Of a stretch of DNA of 64,000 nucleotides, positions 54,844-64,000 are shown piece after piece; within the stretch, counting starts at the first letter, position 1, and the number at the start of each line of letters is the position of its first letter. The notes beneath the pieces are model-generated. The model was not told the DNA's origin. It worked only from the letters and a program-made list of their open reading frames with translations, and did not search any database. A program made the position numbers and the translations under genes. Source of the stretch: Acidimicrobiales bacterium (GTDB lineage Bacteria > Actinomycetota > Acidimicrobiia > Acidimicrobiales > CADCTF01); NCBI GenBank assembly GCA_035540495.1, contig DATLGL010000047.1, forward strand, positions 30,383-94,382, in the 5' to 3' direction.

Positions 54844-55847
54844 GACGACACCACGGACAGGAGCCTACGGGCCTTGAGCTCCGTCTCGGCCCACTCGCCC
54901 TCGGGTGTCGAGTCCCACGTGATGCCGCCGCCGGTGCCCAGGTGGATGCGCCCTTCGGCGAACCAGAACGTGCGGATCGCCACGTTGAGGTCGCCTTCCT
55001 TGGCGTCGGCATCGACCCACCCGATAGCGCCGCAGTACGGGCCCCGGTTGACCGGCTCGAGGGCTCGGATCATCTGCATCGCGGCGATCTTCGGCGCGCC
55101 GGTCACGGACCCGGGGGGGAACGTGGCGTCGATCGCATCGGCCCAGCCGCATCCCGGCCGCAGGCGTCCTCGGACCGTCGAGACCAGGTGGTACAGCCCC
55201 GGGTGCTTCTCGATCGCGCACAGCTGTCCGTCCGGCACCTCGACCGAGCCCCACTCGCACACCCGGCCGAGGTCGTTGCGGACGAGGTCGACGATCATCA
55301 CGTTCTCCGCCCGGTCCTTGCCCAGGAACCCTGTCGGTGTCGCCGCGGTGCCCTTGATCGGCTGTGACTCGACGACGTCGCCGTCACGCCGAAGGAAGCG
55401 TTCCGGTGACGCAGACGCCACGTGCACGCCGTGGCGCGGCAGGCGGACGACGGCGGAGTACGGGGCAGGGTTGCCCGACACCAACGCGGCACCCAGCGCG
55501 GCGACGTCGGCTCCCCGCGGCAACGGTGCCGACAGCGTGCGCGTGAGGTTCACCTGGTACACGTCGCCTTCGGCGATCGCGTCCCGGATGGTCGCCACGC
55601 CCTTGCAGAAGGCGCCTCGGTCGAGCGACGACGTCCACGAAGACGCGGGAGGTCCGACCCATCGGCGGCCCGGCCACGGCACGGCGGCCCGCACCCGATC
55701 GAACCGGGCGCACACCGGCTCGTCGTCGTAGGGCAGCACGACGACCCAGAACCCTTCGGAGTCGAGCGCCGTGAGGTCGCTGGTGACGTCGATCAGGTCG
55801 GTCGCCAGCTGTCCGCCGACCACGGCGAGCGAGGGCTCCGACGTCAC
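54840..55847 (-). CDS. pabB: Aminodeoxychorismate/anthranilate synthase component I family (short form, chorismate-binding domain only)
   Basis: Start at GTG 55847. 'GDVYQVNL', 'SASPERFL', 'PIKGT', 'FPPGSVTGAPK', 'RGPYCGAIG', 'GGGITWDS'. The track ORF (to 57050) is an antisense extension over the acyl-CoA dehydrogenase. Confidence 0.8.
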   Translation of the reverse strand: MTSEPSLAVVGGQLATDLIDVTSDLTALDSEGFWVVVLPYDDEPVCARFDRVRAAVPWPGRRWVGPPASSWTSSLDRGAFCKGVATIRDAIAEGDVYQVNLTRTLSAPLPRGADVAALGAALVSGNPAPYSAVVRLPRHGVHVASASPERFLRRDGDVVESQPIKGTAATPTGFLGKDRAENVMIVDLVRNDLGRVCEWGSVEVPDGQLCAIEKHPGLYHLVSTVRGRLRPGCGWADAIDATFPPGSVTGAPKIAAMQMIRALEPVNRGPYCGAIGWVDADAKEGDLNVAIRTFWFAEGRIHLGTGGGITWDSTPEGEWAETELKARRLLSVVSS

Positions 55848-55856
55848 GGCGTCAGA

Positions 55857-57014
55857 ATGCCAAATGTGGATTTCGACTTCTCGCCCGAGCAGGAGGAGTT
55901 CCGCCGCGTCGTGCGGGACTTCGCGGAGCGGGAGATCGCTCCTCATGCCGCAGATTGGGACCGCGACCACCACTTCCCGGTCGACGTCGTTCAGGCGATG
56001 GGGGAGCTCGGCCTCTTCGGTCTGATCTTCCCCGAGGAGTACGGGGGCGCCGGCGCCGACTTCACCACGCTGTGCATCGCCATCGAGGAGATCGCACGCG
56101 TCGACCAGTCGCTGGCGATCACGCTCGAGGCCGGCGTCGGCCTGGGGGCGAACCCCATCTTCCAGTTCGGCACGGAGGAGCAGAAGCAACGGTGGCTTCC
56201 GGATCTCGTGGCCGGGAGGACCCTCGGCGGGTTCGGCCTCACCGAGCCCGGCGCAGGGAGTGACGCCGGAGCGACCCGCACGAAGGCTGAGCTCGACCAC
56301 GGAACGGGCGAGTGGGTGATCAACGGTGAGAAGGCCTTCATCACCAACAGCGGGTCGTCGATCACATCCATCGTCACGGTCACCGCGAAGACGGGAGCGA
56401 GCGAGATCAGCGCGATCGTCGTGCCCGCCGGCACCCTGGGGTTCGAGGTGCTCCCGCCGTACCGGAAGATGGGCTGGCACGCCTCCGATACGCACGGCCT
56501 GGCCTTCGCCGACTGTCGCGTGCCCGCCGACCACCTCCTCGGTCAGCGAGGCCAGGGCTTCCGCCAGTTCCTCGCCATCCTCGACGAGGGACGCATCGCG
56601 ATCGCCGCGCTCGCCGTCGGGACCCTCCAGGCGTGTCTCGACCTGTCGGTCGAGTACGCCAAGGAACGGGAGGCGTTCGGCCGGCCCATCGGCGCCAACC
56701 AGGCGATCGCGTTCAAGTGCGCCGACCTCGCGGTCCTCGTCGACAACGCCCGGCTCCTCACCTACCGGGCGGCATGGCTCAAGGACCACGGCCGGCCGTT
56801 CAAGCGCGAGGCCGCGATCGCGAAGTTGTACGCAACCGAGGCTGCGGTGACGGCGACGAGGGAGGCGACGCAGATCTTCGGCGGCTACGGCTACATGGAC
56901 GAGACGCCGGTCGCCCGCTTCTACCGAGACTCGAAGATCCTGGAGATCGGCGAGGGCACGAGTGAGATCCAGCGCCTCGTCATCAGCAGGGAGCTCGGCC
57001 TGCCGGCGACCTGA
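55857..57014 (+). CDS. Acyl-CoA dehydrogenase
   Basis: ATG 55857 ('MPNVDFDFSPEQEEFRRVVRDFAE'), 'GLTEPGAGSD', 'IFGGYGYMDETPVARFYRDSKILEIGEGTSEIQR'. Confidence 0.92.
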   Translation: MPNVDFDFSPEQEEFRRVVRDFAEREIAPHAADWDRDHHFPVDVVQAMGELGLFGLIFPEEYGGAGADFTTLCIAIEEIARVDQSLAITLEAGVGLGANPIFQFGTEEQKQRWLPDLVAGRTLGGFGLTEPGAGSDAGATRTKAELDHGTGEWVINGEKAFITNSGSSITSIVTVTAKTGASEISAIVVPAGTLGFEVLPPYRKMGWHASDTHGLAFADCRVPADHLLGQRGQGFRQFLAILDEGRIAIAALAVGTLQACLDLSVEYAKEREAFGRPIGANQAIAFKCADLAVLVDNARLLTYRAAWLKDHGRPFKREAAIAKLYATEAAVTATREATQIFGGYGYMDETPVARFYRDSKILEIGEGTSEIQRLVISRELGLPAT

Positions 57015-57048
57015 GCAGCAGAGGGAGCGCGGGTAACCTCGGATCCTC

Positions 57049-58512
57049 ATGGCTGCCCCGCAGGGGGAGGTCGTCCTGACGCGTCACCGACGGTGGCCTC
57101 GGCGGCTCCTCATCGCTGCCAACATCATCGTTGCCCTCTGCGTGGTCGCGACCGCGGGCGGTTACGCGTACTTCCGCATCCAGTTCGGGCGGATCCCGAC
57201 GATCGACGGCCTGAAGGACGTGCTGGCCGGCGGGGGCGACAACGAGCCCAGCGATCCGATGAACGTCCTCCTGGTCGGCTCCGACACCCGCGCCACGCTC
57301 GAGGGCGAGGAGAAGCAGTTCGGGACCGCGACCCAGGTCGGCGGCCAGCGCGCCGACACGATCATCGTGCTCCGGATCGAGCCCGAGGCGAAGCGCGCCG
57401 CGATGATGTCGGTGCCGCGCGACCTGTATGTGAAGCAGGCCGGCACACAGCGCTCGAGCCGGATCAACGATGCGTTCCAGGCCGGGCCCGACCGCCTCAT
57501 CCAGACGATCACCGACAACCTCGGGATCCCGATCCACCACTACGTCCAGCTCGACTTCAACGGGTTCCGGGCCATCGTCGGCGCCCTCGACGGCGTCGAC
57601 ATCTACAGCCCCGCTCGCGCTCGCGACACCGTCAGTGGACTCAACATCCCCAACCCCGGTTGCGTCAGCCTCAACGGGGAGCAGGCGCTGGCCTTCGTGC
57701 GCAGCCGTCATTATCAGTACTTCGAGAACGGCAAGTGGCGGTCCGACCCGACCGGCGACCTGGGGCGCATCGAGCGCCAGCAGGACTTCATCCGTCGAGT
57801 GCTCAAGAAGGCGAACCAGAAGGCCAAGGGCCTCGACGTCTTCGCGGTGAACAACCTCGTCAACGCGGGCATCAAGAACGTCCAGATCGACGAGCACTTC
57901 TCCTCGAAGGACATCACCGCGCTCGCCCGCCGGTTCCGATCGCTCGATCCGAACGCGGTCGAGATGTTCACGCTGCCGACGGTGCCTGCGAACGTGGGCG
58001 GCGCGTCGGTCCTTCGCCTGAAGCAGCCGGACGCGAGCGCCGTCATCGACACCTTCCTCGCGAAGGCACCGCCTCCCGCAGAAGGCGGAGCCGCCAAGCC
58101 CGACGTGCCGGACATCCCGCCGTCGTCGATCCGCGTCCGGGTGCTCAACGGATCGGGGGCCGAGGGACAAGCTCGCGAGGTGTCGAAGGATCTGGGGGCC
58201 GCCGGCTTCACGATCGCCGGCATCGGGCAGGCCGACTCGTTCCGGTACGACGCGACGGTGATCCGGTTCGTCCCGTCGCAGCGAGACAAGGCGCTCGTCG
58301 TGCAGTCGAAGATCCAGGGCGAGACCGAGCTGAAGGAAGACCCGACGCTCAAGGCCGTCGACGTCGTGGTCGTCACGGGCGGCAAGTTCGCCGGCATCGT
58401 GGGCGGCACGCCGCAGGCGCCGACGACGACTGCTGCTCCCGCCAAGGGCGCCGGCAGCAAGCCCGCTGCGACGACCACCACCGCGCCGCCGAAGCCGGAG
58501 CCAGACTGTTGA
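57049..58512 (+). CDS. LCP (LytR-CpsA-Psr) family wall-polymer ligase with C-terminal LytR_C domain
   Basis: N-terminal TM anchor, '[10 protein letters not shown]', 'RADTIIVLR', 'SVPRDL', C-terminal '[15 protein letters not shown]'. Confidence 0.85.
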   Translation: MAAPQGEVVLTRHRRWPRRLLIAANIIVALCVVATAGGYAYFRIQFGRIPTIDGLKDVLAGGGDNEPSDPMNVLLVGSDTRATLEGEEKQFGTATQVGGQRADTIIVLRIEPEAKRAAMMSVPRDLYVKQAGTQRSSRINDAFQAGPDRLIQTITDNLGIPIHHYVQLDFNGFRAIVGALDGVDIYSPARARDTVSGLNIPNPGCVSLNGEQALAFVRSRHYQYFENGKWRSDPTGDLGRIERQQDFIRRVLKKANQKAKGLDVFAVNNLVNAGIKNVQIDEHFSSKDITALARRFRSLDPNAVEMFTLPTVPANVGGASVLRLKQPDASAVIDTFLAKAPPPAEGGAAKPDVPDIPPSSIRVRVLNGSGAEGQAREVSKDLGAAGFTIAGIGQADSFRYDATVIRFVPSQRDKALVVQSKIQGETELKEDPTLKAVDVVVVTGGKFAGIVGGTPQAPTTTAAPAKGAGSKPAATTTTAPPKPEPDC

Positions 58513-58514
58513 GC

Positions 58515-59393
58515 ATGAAGGGCATCGTCCTCGCCGGTGGCAGCGGAACGCGGCTGCACCCGGTGACGCTCGGCGTGTCGAAGCAGCTGCTGCCTGTCTA
58601 CGACAAGCCGATGATCTACTACCCGCTGTCGGTGCTGATGCTGGCCGGCATCCGTGACGTGCTCGTCATCTCGACGCCGCACGACCTGCCGCTGTTCGAG
58701 CGGTTGCTGGGCGATGGATCGCAGCTCGGTATGTCGTTCTCGTACTCGGTGCAGCCGGAGCCGAGGGGCATCGCCCAAGCCTTCGTGATCGGCGCGGACC
58801 ACATCGGCAGCGACAACGTCTGCTTGGTGTTGGGCGACAACATCTTCCATGGCCACGGCCTGCAGGATCAGCTCACGCAGGCTGCGTCGCTCGAGAGCGG
58901 TTGCGTGCTGTTCGGCTACGTCGTGAAGGACCCGGAGCGCTACGGGGTGGCCGAGGTCGACGAGGAATCGGGCCGTGTGCTCTCGATCGAGGAGAAGCCG
59001 CCGCACCCGAAGTCGAACGTCGCCGTCACCGGGCTCTACTTCTACGACAACGACGTCGTCGAGATCTCCCGGACGTTGACCCCGTCGGCACGCGGCGAGC
59101 TCGAGATCACCGAGGTCAACAACCGCTACATCGAGCGCGGTGATGCGACGCTCCAGCTGCTGGGGCGGGGCATGGCCTGGCTCGACACCGGCACGCAGGA
59201 CGCGATGCTCGAAGCGTCGACGTTCGTGCAGGTGCTCGAGCATCGACAAGGCGAGCAGATCGCGTGTCTCGAAGAAGTGGCGTGGCGGATGGGCTTCATC
59301 GACACCGATCAGTTGGAGCGGCTGGGTCGCGGGCTCGGCAAGTCGAACTACGGCCAGTACGTGATCCGCCTGGCTGAGGAGGCGAGGCGATGA
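58515..59393 (+). CDS. rfbA: Glucose-1-phosphate thymidylyltransferase
   Basis: '[36 protein letters not shown]'. The track embeds it in a 766-aa off-target ORF. Confidence 0.93.
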   Translation: MKGIVLAGGSGTRLHPVTLGVSKQLLPVYDKPMIYYPLSVLMLAGIRDVLVISTPHDLPLFERLLGDGSQLGMSFSYSVQPEPRGIAQAFVIGADHIGSDNVCLVLGDNIFHGHGLQDQLTQAASLESGCVLFGYVVKDPERYGVAEVDEESGRVLSIEEKPPHPKSNVAVTGLYFYDNDVVEISRTLTPSARGELEITEVNNRYIERGDATLQLLGRGMAWLDTGTQDAMLEASTFVQVLEHRQGEQIACLEEVAWRMGFIDTDQLERLGRGLGKSNYGQYVIRLAEEARR

Positions 59394-60343
59394 GACTGTT
59401 CGTGACCGGCGGGGCGGGGTTCATCGGCTCGAACTACGTCCGCTACGTGCTGCGCAACACCGACGACGAGGTCACGGTCTACGACGCGCTGACCTACGCG
59501 GGGAACCTCTCGACGTTGAAGGACGTCGACGACGATCCTCGCTACCGGTTCGTCAAGGGCAACATCTGCGACCCGATCCCGCTCGAAGAGGCGATGCGCG
59601 GCCACGACGCGGTCGTCCACTTCGCGGCGGAGAGCCACGTCGATCGGTCGATAGCAGGTCCGGACGACTTCATCCTCACGAACTGCTTCGGCACGAACCT
59701 GGTGATGGACACGGCGCGCCGCCTCGAGATCCCCCGTGTCGTTCACATCGGTACCGACGAGGTCTACGGGTCTGTCGAGGTGGGGTCGTCGAAGGAGGAC
59801 GACCCGCTCGAGCCTCGCTCGCCGTACTCGGCGTCGAAGGCGGGCTCCGACCTGATCGCGCTGTCGTACCACCACACCTACGGGCTGCCGATCACGGTCA
59901 CCCGGTGCACGAACAACTTCGGCCCGTACCAGTACCCCGAGAAGGCGATCCCGCTCTTCACCACCAACCTGCTCGACGGCAAGAAGATCCCGCTCTACGG
60001 CGACGGGTTGAACGAGCGTGACTGGCTCTACGTCGACGACCACTGCGCCGGCGTCCACCTCGTCTTGCACAAGGGCGAACACGGCGAGATCTACAACATC
60101 GGGGCCGGGAACGAGACGCCGAACCGGGTGCTCGTCGACAAGCTGCTCGGGCTGGTCGGCGCGAGCGACGACATGATCGAGTACGTCCCCGACCGCCTCG
60201 GCCACGACCGCCGGTACTCGGTCGACATCAAGAAGATCACCGAGCTCGGGTGGAGGAAGGAGCGGTCGCTCGACGAGGCGCTCGAGGAGACGGTGCGCTG
60301 GTACCGCGACAACCGCTGGTGGTGGGAGCCCCTCAAGGCGTGA
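59390..60343 (+). CDS. rfbB: dTDP-glucose 4,6-dehydratase
   Basis: '[12 protein letters not shown]', 'STDEVYG', 'YSASKAGSD'. ATGA overlap with rfbA. Confidence 0.93.
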   Translation: MRLFVTGGAGFIGSNYVRYVLRNTDDEVTVYDALTYAGNLSTLKDVDDDPRYRFVKGNICDPIPLEEAMRGHDAVVHFAAESHVDRSIAGPDDFILTNCFGTNLVMDTARRLEIPRVVHIGTDEVYGSVEVGSSKEDDPLEPRSPYSASKAGSDLIALSYHHTYGLPITVTRCTNNFGPYQYPEKAIPLFTTNLLDGKKIPLYGDGLNERDWLYVDDHCAGVHLVLHKGEHGEIYNIGAGNETPNRVLVDKLLGLVGASDDMIEYVPDRLGHDRRYSVDIKKITELGWRKERSLDEALEETVRWYRDNRWWWEPLKA

Positions 60344-61170
60344 GGGTTCTGATCACCGGAGCGGGCGGCCAGCTGGCCACCGACCTCGTCCCCGCGTTCG
60401 ACGGCCACGAGGTCGTGGCGACGACACGCGCGGAGCTCGACCTCGCAGACCGCGACTCGACGATGGGCGCCATCTGTTCGGTGGAGCCCGACATCATCGT
60501 CCACCCTGCCGCGTGGACCGCGGTCGACGCGTGCGAGGCCGACCGAGAGCAAGCCTTCCGGATCAACGCCCTCGGTACGAGGCACGTCGCGAACGCGGCT
60601 CGCATCGTCGGGGCCCACGTCGTCTACATCTCCACCGACTACGTGTTCGATGGTGACGCCGACGAGGCGTACCACGAGTGGTCGCCGACCAACCCGCAGT
60701 CGGTCTACGGCGCGTCGAAGCTCGCCGGGGAGCACGAGCTCGATCCATGTTGGAGTGTCATTCGTACCGCGTGGGTCGTCGGTCCGCACGGGCGCAACTT
60801 CGTCAAGACGATGCTGCGCCTGGCGGCCGAGCGAGACGAGATCGGCGTCGTCTCCGACCAGCGGGGTTCGCCCGCGTTCACGGGCGACCTCGCGCCGATG
60901 ATCCGCCGCCTCGCTATCGCGCGGTACCCCGGCGTGATCCACGTCACCAACCAGGGTTCGGTGACGTGGTTCGACTTCGCACGTGAGATCCTGCGGCTGG
61001 CGGGGCACGACCCGGAGAAGATCCGGCCCATCTCGACGGACGACTACGGCGCCCCTGCGCCGCGGCCGAAGAACTCCGTCCTCGACAACCTCGTCCTGCG
61101 ATCCCTGGGGATCCCGCTCCTGCCGGCGTGGCAGGAGTCGCTCGAACGCACCATCAAGGAGTTGGTCTGA
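60340..61170 (+). CDS. rfbD: dTDP-4-dehydrorhamnose reductase
   Basis: GTG 60340 (GTGA overlap). 'ITGAGGQLA', 'YGASKLAGE'. Confidence 0.88.
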   Translation: MRVLITGAGGQLATDLVPAFDGHEVVATTRAELDLADRDSTMGAICSVEPDIIVHPAAWTAVDACEADREQAFRINALGTRHVANAARIVGAHVVYISTDYVFDGDADEAYHEWSPTNPQSVYGASKLAGEHELDPCWSVIRTAWVVGPHGRNFVKTMLRLAAERDEIGVVSDQRGSPAFTGDLAPMIRRLAIARYPGVIHVTNQGSVTWFDFAREILRLAGHDPEKIRPISTDDYGAPAPRPKNSVLDNLVLRSLGIPLLPAWQESLERTIKELV

Positions 61171-61171
61171 C

Positions 61172-62449
61172 GTGGCGAACGTCGCCGTCATCGGAACCGG
61201 GTACGTCGGCCTCACGACCGGTGCGATCCTCGCCCACCTCGGGCACAACGTCGTCTGCGCGGACGTCATCCCCGCCAAGGTCGAGGCGCTGGGCAGAGGC
61301 GAGGTGCCGATCCTGGAAGACGGCCTCGACGAGCTCGTCCGAGAGGGGATCGACGGTGGCCGTCTCTCGTTCATCCTCGGAGCCGCTGCAGCGGTGGAGG
61401 AAGCCGACGCCGAGTTCATCTTCCTGTGCGTTCCGACGCCGCAGGGCGACGACGGATCTGCCGACCTCAGCTACATCGAAGAGGCGGCCCGCCAGATCGG
61501 TCCGGTGGTGCGGCCGGAGTCGGTGGTCATCAACAAGTCGACCGTGCCGGTCGGTTCGACGCTCGTCGTCGAACGCGCGCTCGGGCGTGGCGACGTCTAC
61601 GTCGTGTCGAACCCCGAGTTCCTCCGCGAGGGGTCCGCGGTGTACGACGCGCTGAACCCCGACCGCATCGTGATCGGCAGCGAAGACCAGGCCGCGGCCA
61701 TCCGCGTGGCGAGCCTCTACACCGACGTGAAGGCGCCGGTGATCGTCACCGATCCCGCATCGGCCGAGACGATCAAGTACGCCTCGAACGCCTTCCTCGC
61801 CACGAAGATCTCCTTCGTCAACGCCGTGGCGAACCTCTGCGAGGCGGTGGGCGCCGACGTCCGCGACGTGATCGTCGGCATGGGCTACGACCGCCGCATC
61901 GGCTTCGAGTTCCTCAAGCCCGGCCCGGGTTGGGGCGGCAGTTGTTTTCCGAAGGACTCCCGCGCTCTGGTCCGGATCGCGGAGGACAACGGGTACGACT
62001 TCTCGCTCCTCAAGGGTGTGATCGAGGTCAACGACGAGCAGTTCGAGCGGATGGCGTCGAAGATCGAGCGCATGATCGACGGGCCGCTGGAGGGCGCGGT
62101 GGTCGGCGTCTGGGGGCTCACGTTCAAGGCCCGGACGGATGACACCAGACGGTCGCCGTCGCTCGAGATCATCGAGCGCCTGCAGAAGAAGGGCGTGAAG
62201 ATCAAGGCGTACGACCCGGCCGCGTCCGACACACCCGAGGGTGTCGAACGGGTCGCCGACGCGTACGCCGCGGGCGAAGGCGCCGACGTCGTGGCGGTGC
62301 TGACCGAGTGGGACGAGTTCCGCTGGATCGACTTCGAGAAGTTGGCCGGTGTGATGAAGGCGGCCCGCATCGTCGACTGCCGGAACCTGCTCGACGCCGC
62401 GGCGGTGCGCCGCAAGGGCTTCCAGTTCGAGGGACTGGGACGGCCGTGA
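61172..62449 (+). CDS. ugd: UDP-glucose 6-dehydrogenase
   Basis: GTG 61172. '[15 protein letters not shown]', catalytic 'GGSCFPKD'. Confidence 0.92.
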   Translation: MANVAVIGTGYVGLTTGAILAHLGHNVVCADVIPAKVEALGRGEVPILEDGLDELVREGIDGGRLSFILGAAAAVEEADAEFIFLCVPTPQGDDGSADLSYIEEAARQIGPVVRPESVVINKSTVPVGSTLVVERALGRGDVYVVSNPEFLREGSAVYDALNPDRIVIGSEDQAAAIRVASLYTDVKAPVIVTDPASAETIKYASNAFLATKISFVNAVANLCEAVGADVRDVIVGMGYDRRIGFEFLKPGPGWGGSCFPKDSRALVRIAEDNGYDFSLLKGVIEVNDEQFERMASKIERMIDGPLEGAVVGVWGLTFKARTDDTRRSPSLEIIERLQKKGVKIKAYDPAASDTPEGVERVADAYAAGEGADVVAVLTEWDEFRWIDFEKLAGVMKAARIVDCRNLLDAAAVRRKGFQFEGLGRP

Positions 62450-63387
62450 CGTCCCCGAAGCGCATCGTGGTCACCGGCGGCGCCGGGTTCCTCGGGTCGC
62501 ACCTCTGCCGCGCGCTCCTCGCGCGTGGCGACGAGGTCGTCGCGATCGACAACCTCATCACCGGCTCGTTGTCGAACATCGAAGACCTGTTCGGTCACGA
62601 GCGGTTCACGTTCCAGAACCACGACGTCAGCAACTACGTGCACGTGGCCGGACCGGTCGACGCCGTCATGCACCTCGCGAGCCCGGCTTCGCCGGCGGAC
62701 TTCGAGCGCATCCCGATCCAGATCCTCAAGGTGGGTAGCCGCGGCACCCACCACACGCTCGGCCTCGCCAAGGAGAAGGGGGCGCGCTTCTTCCTCGCGT
62801 CGACGAGCGAGGTGTACGGCGACCCGCTCGTCCATCCGCAGCCCGAAAGCTACTGGGGCAACGTGAACCCGATCGGTCCGCGTGGCGTCTATGACGAGGC
62901 GAAGCGGTTCGCGGAGTCGATGACGATGGCGTACCACCGCTACCACGGTCTCGACGTGCGCATCGTTCGGATCTTCAACACCTACGGCCCGTCGATGCGG
63001 CCGGACGACGGTCGTGCCGTGAGCAACTTCCTGGTGCAGGCGCTGCAGGGCAAGCCGATCACGGTCTACGGCGACGGGAGCCAGACCCGGTCGTTCACCT
63101 ACGTCGACGACGAGATCAAGGGGTTCCTCGCGCTTCTCGACGGCGACATCACCGGGCCCTGCAACATCGGCAACGACCAGGAGTTCACGATCCAGCAGCT
63201 CGCCGAGATGGCGATCGAGGTCACCGGCAGCTCGAGCGAGATCATCTACGAGCCTCTCCCGGTCGACGATCCGACGCAGCGCAAGCCCGATCTCACCCTT
63301 GCCCGCACCGCGCTCGGATGGGAACCGGAGACCGATCTCCGCACCGGCCTCACCCGCACGGCGGAGTACTTCAGAAGCCGCCTGTGA
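62446..63387 (+). CDS. UDP-glucuronate decarboxylase (UDP-xylose synthase)
   Basis: GTG 62446 (GTGA overlap). '[12 protein letters not shown]', 'STSEVYGDP', 'YDEAKR', 'RIFNTYGP'. Confidence 0.88.
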   Translation: MTSPKRIVVTGGAGFLGSHLCRALLARGDEVVAIDNLITGSLSNIEDLFGHERFTFQNHDVSNYVHVAGPVDAVMHLASPASPADFERIPIQILKVGSRGTHHTLGLAKEKGARFFLASTSEVYGDPLVHPQPESYWGNVNPIGPRGVYDEAKRFAESMTMAYHRYHGLDVRIVRIFNTYGPSMRPDDGRAVSNFLVQALQGKPITVYGDGSQTRSFTYVDDEIKGFLALLDGDITGPCNIGNDQEFTIQQLAEMAIEVTGSSSEIIYEPLPVDDPTQRKPDLTLARTALGWEPETDLRTGLTRTAEYFRSRL

Positions 63388-64000
63388 GCGCTGCCGGCGA
63401 CGTCACCGCGGTCGTCGTCAACTACAACGCCCGCGCGCTCCTCCTGCAGTGCATCGAGAGCCTGCGCGACGAGGGCGTCGACGACGTCATCGTCGCCGAC
63501 AACGCGTCGGCCGACGGCAGCGAAGAGGCGGTGCGCGCAGCAGACGCCGCCGTTCGCTACCACCAGACGGGCCGCAACCTCGGCTACGGCACCGGCGTCA
63601 ATCGCGGCGTGTCGTTCGCCGGTGGCGACACCGCCTACCTGCTCATCTGCAACCCCGACATCGTCGTCGCGCCGGGCGCGGTGGAGGCGCTGGTGTCTTC
63701 GATCGAGAAGGACCCGCAGCGAGCGATCGTCGGCCCGCGCATCGAGGAGCCGGACGGCACGCTCTATCCGAGCGCGCGGACGTTCCCCGATCTCGCGGAC
63801 GCGGTCGGACACGCCTTCCTCGGCATGATCTGGCCACGCAACCCGTTCACCCGCCGCTATCGCATGCTCGACTGGGACCACGCCGAGCCCGCCGAGGTCG
63901 ACTGGGTGTCGGGTTCCTGCTTCCTCATGCGCCGTGACGCGTTCGAGGCCATCGGCGGCTTCGACGAGGCGTACTTCATGTACGCGGAGGACGTCGACCT
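63384..64000 (+). CDS. Family 2 glycosyltransferase (WbbL-like rhamnosyltransferase type), 3' end outside window
   Basis: GTG 63384 (GTGA overlap). '[19 protein letters not shown]', 'DNASADGS', '[11 protein letters not shown]', '[12 protein letters not shown]', 'YAEDVDL'. Not in the track because no stop falls in the window. Confidence 0.8.
   Translation, partial: MSAAGDVTAVVVNYNARALLLQCIESLRDEGVDDVIVADNASADGSEEAVRAADAAVRYHQTGRNLGYGTGVNRGVSFAGGDTAYLLICNPDIVVAPGAVEALVSSIEKDPQRAIVGPRIEEPDGTLYPSARTFPDLADAVGHAFLGMIWPRNPFTRRYRMLDWDHAEPAEVDWVSGSCFLMRRDAFEAIGGFDEAYFMYAEDVD

Noticed and set aside
57093-58514. Upstream part of the 766-aa ORF that ends as rfbA.
   Set aside because: Off-frame shadow across the LCP gene. 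RfbA homology begins only at ATG 58515.

Overview
Very GC-rich chromosomal segment of actinobacterial type; third codon positions are almost always G/C. It carries about 55 tightly packed protein-coding genes. I found no rRNA, tRNA, CRISPR array, transposase or prophage. All calls rest on motif and family recognition by eye, since no alignments could be run.

Gene content in order:
- 3' part of an AftD-like wall glycosyltransferase
- five-gene peptide/nickel-type ABC importer with a perfect CRP-type palindrome upstream
- lpdA, E2 acyltransferase and an in-frame LipB-LipA fusion
- PEP carboxylase, M24 peptidase, SDR, and SRPBCC proteins
- B12-dependent methionine synthase, ABC-F ATPase, PduO-type adenosyltransferase, leucyl aminopeptidase
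- a translationally coupled operon at 29108-33628 (see below)
- orphan pilT, then a PAS-GGDEF-EAL-GAF membrane protein
- sirtuin, nitroreductase, Usp, rhodanese-ThiF enzyme, S1-like protease
- split methylmalonyl-CoA mutase catalytic subunit
- HTH protein with four tandem ClpX-type zinc fingers
- LpdA paralogue, metallophosphoesterase, M20 amidohydrolase
- biotin carboxylase/BCCP abutting birA, DUF559 protein, pabB-pabC, acyl-CoA dehydrogenase
- wall-glycopolymer locus: LCP, rfbA, rfbB, rfbD, ugd, uxs and a GT2 cut by the window end

Most interesting is the 29108-33628 operon. Its order and component types mirror mauB-E-D-A of methylamine dehydrogenase clusters, but with divergent parts: a six-repeat secreted propeller-like protein, a MauE-like membrane protein, a MauD-like thioredoxin, and a Tat-exported 12-Cys/Trp-rich module fused to three cell-wall-binding repeats. 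It is followed by a membrane protein whose coding frame runs through an in-frame TGA with a SECIS-like hairpin. Many long ORFs in the supplied track are antisense or off-frame shadows typical of high-GC DNA and were discarded.
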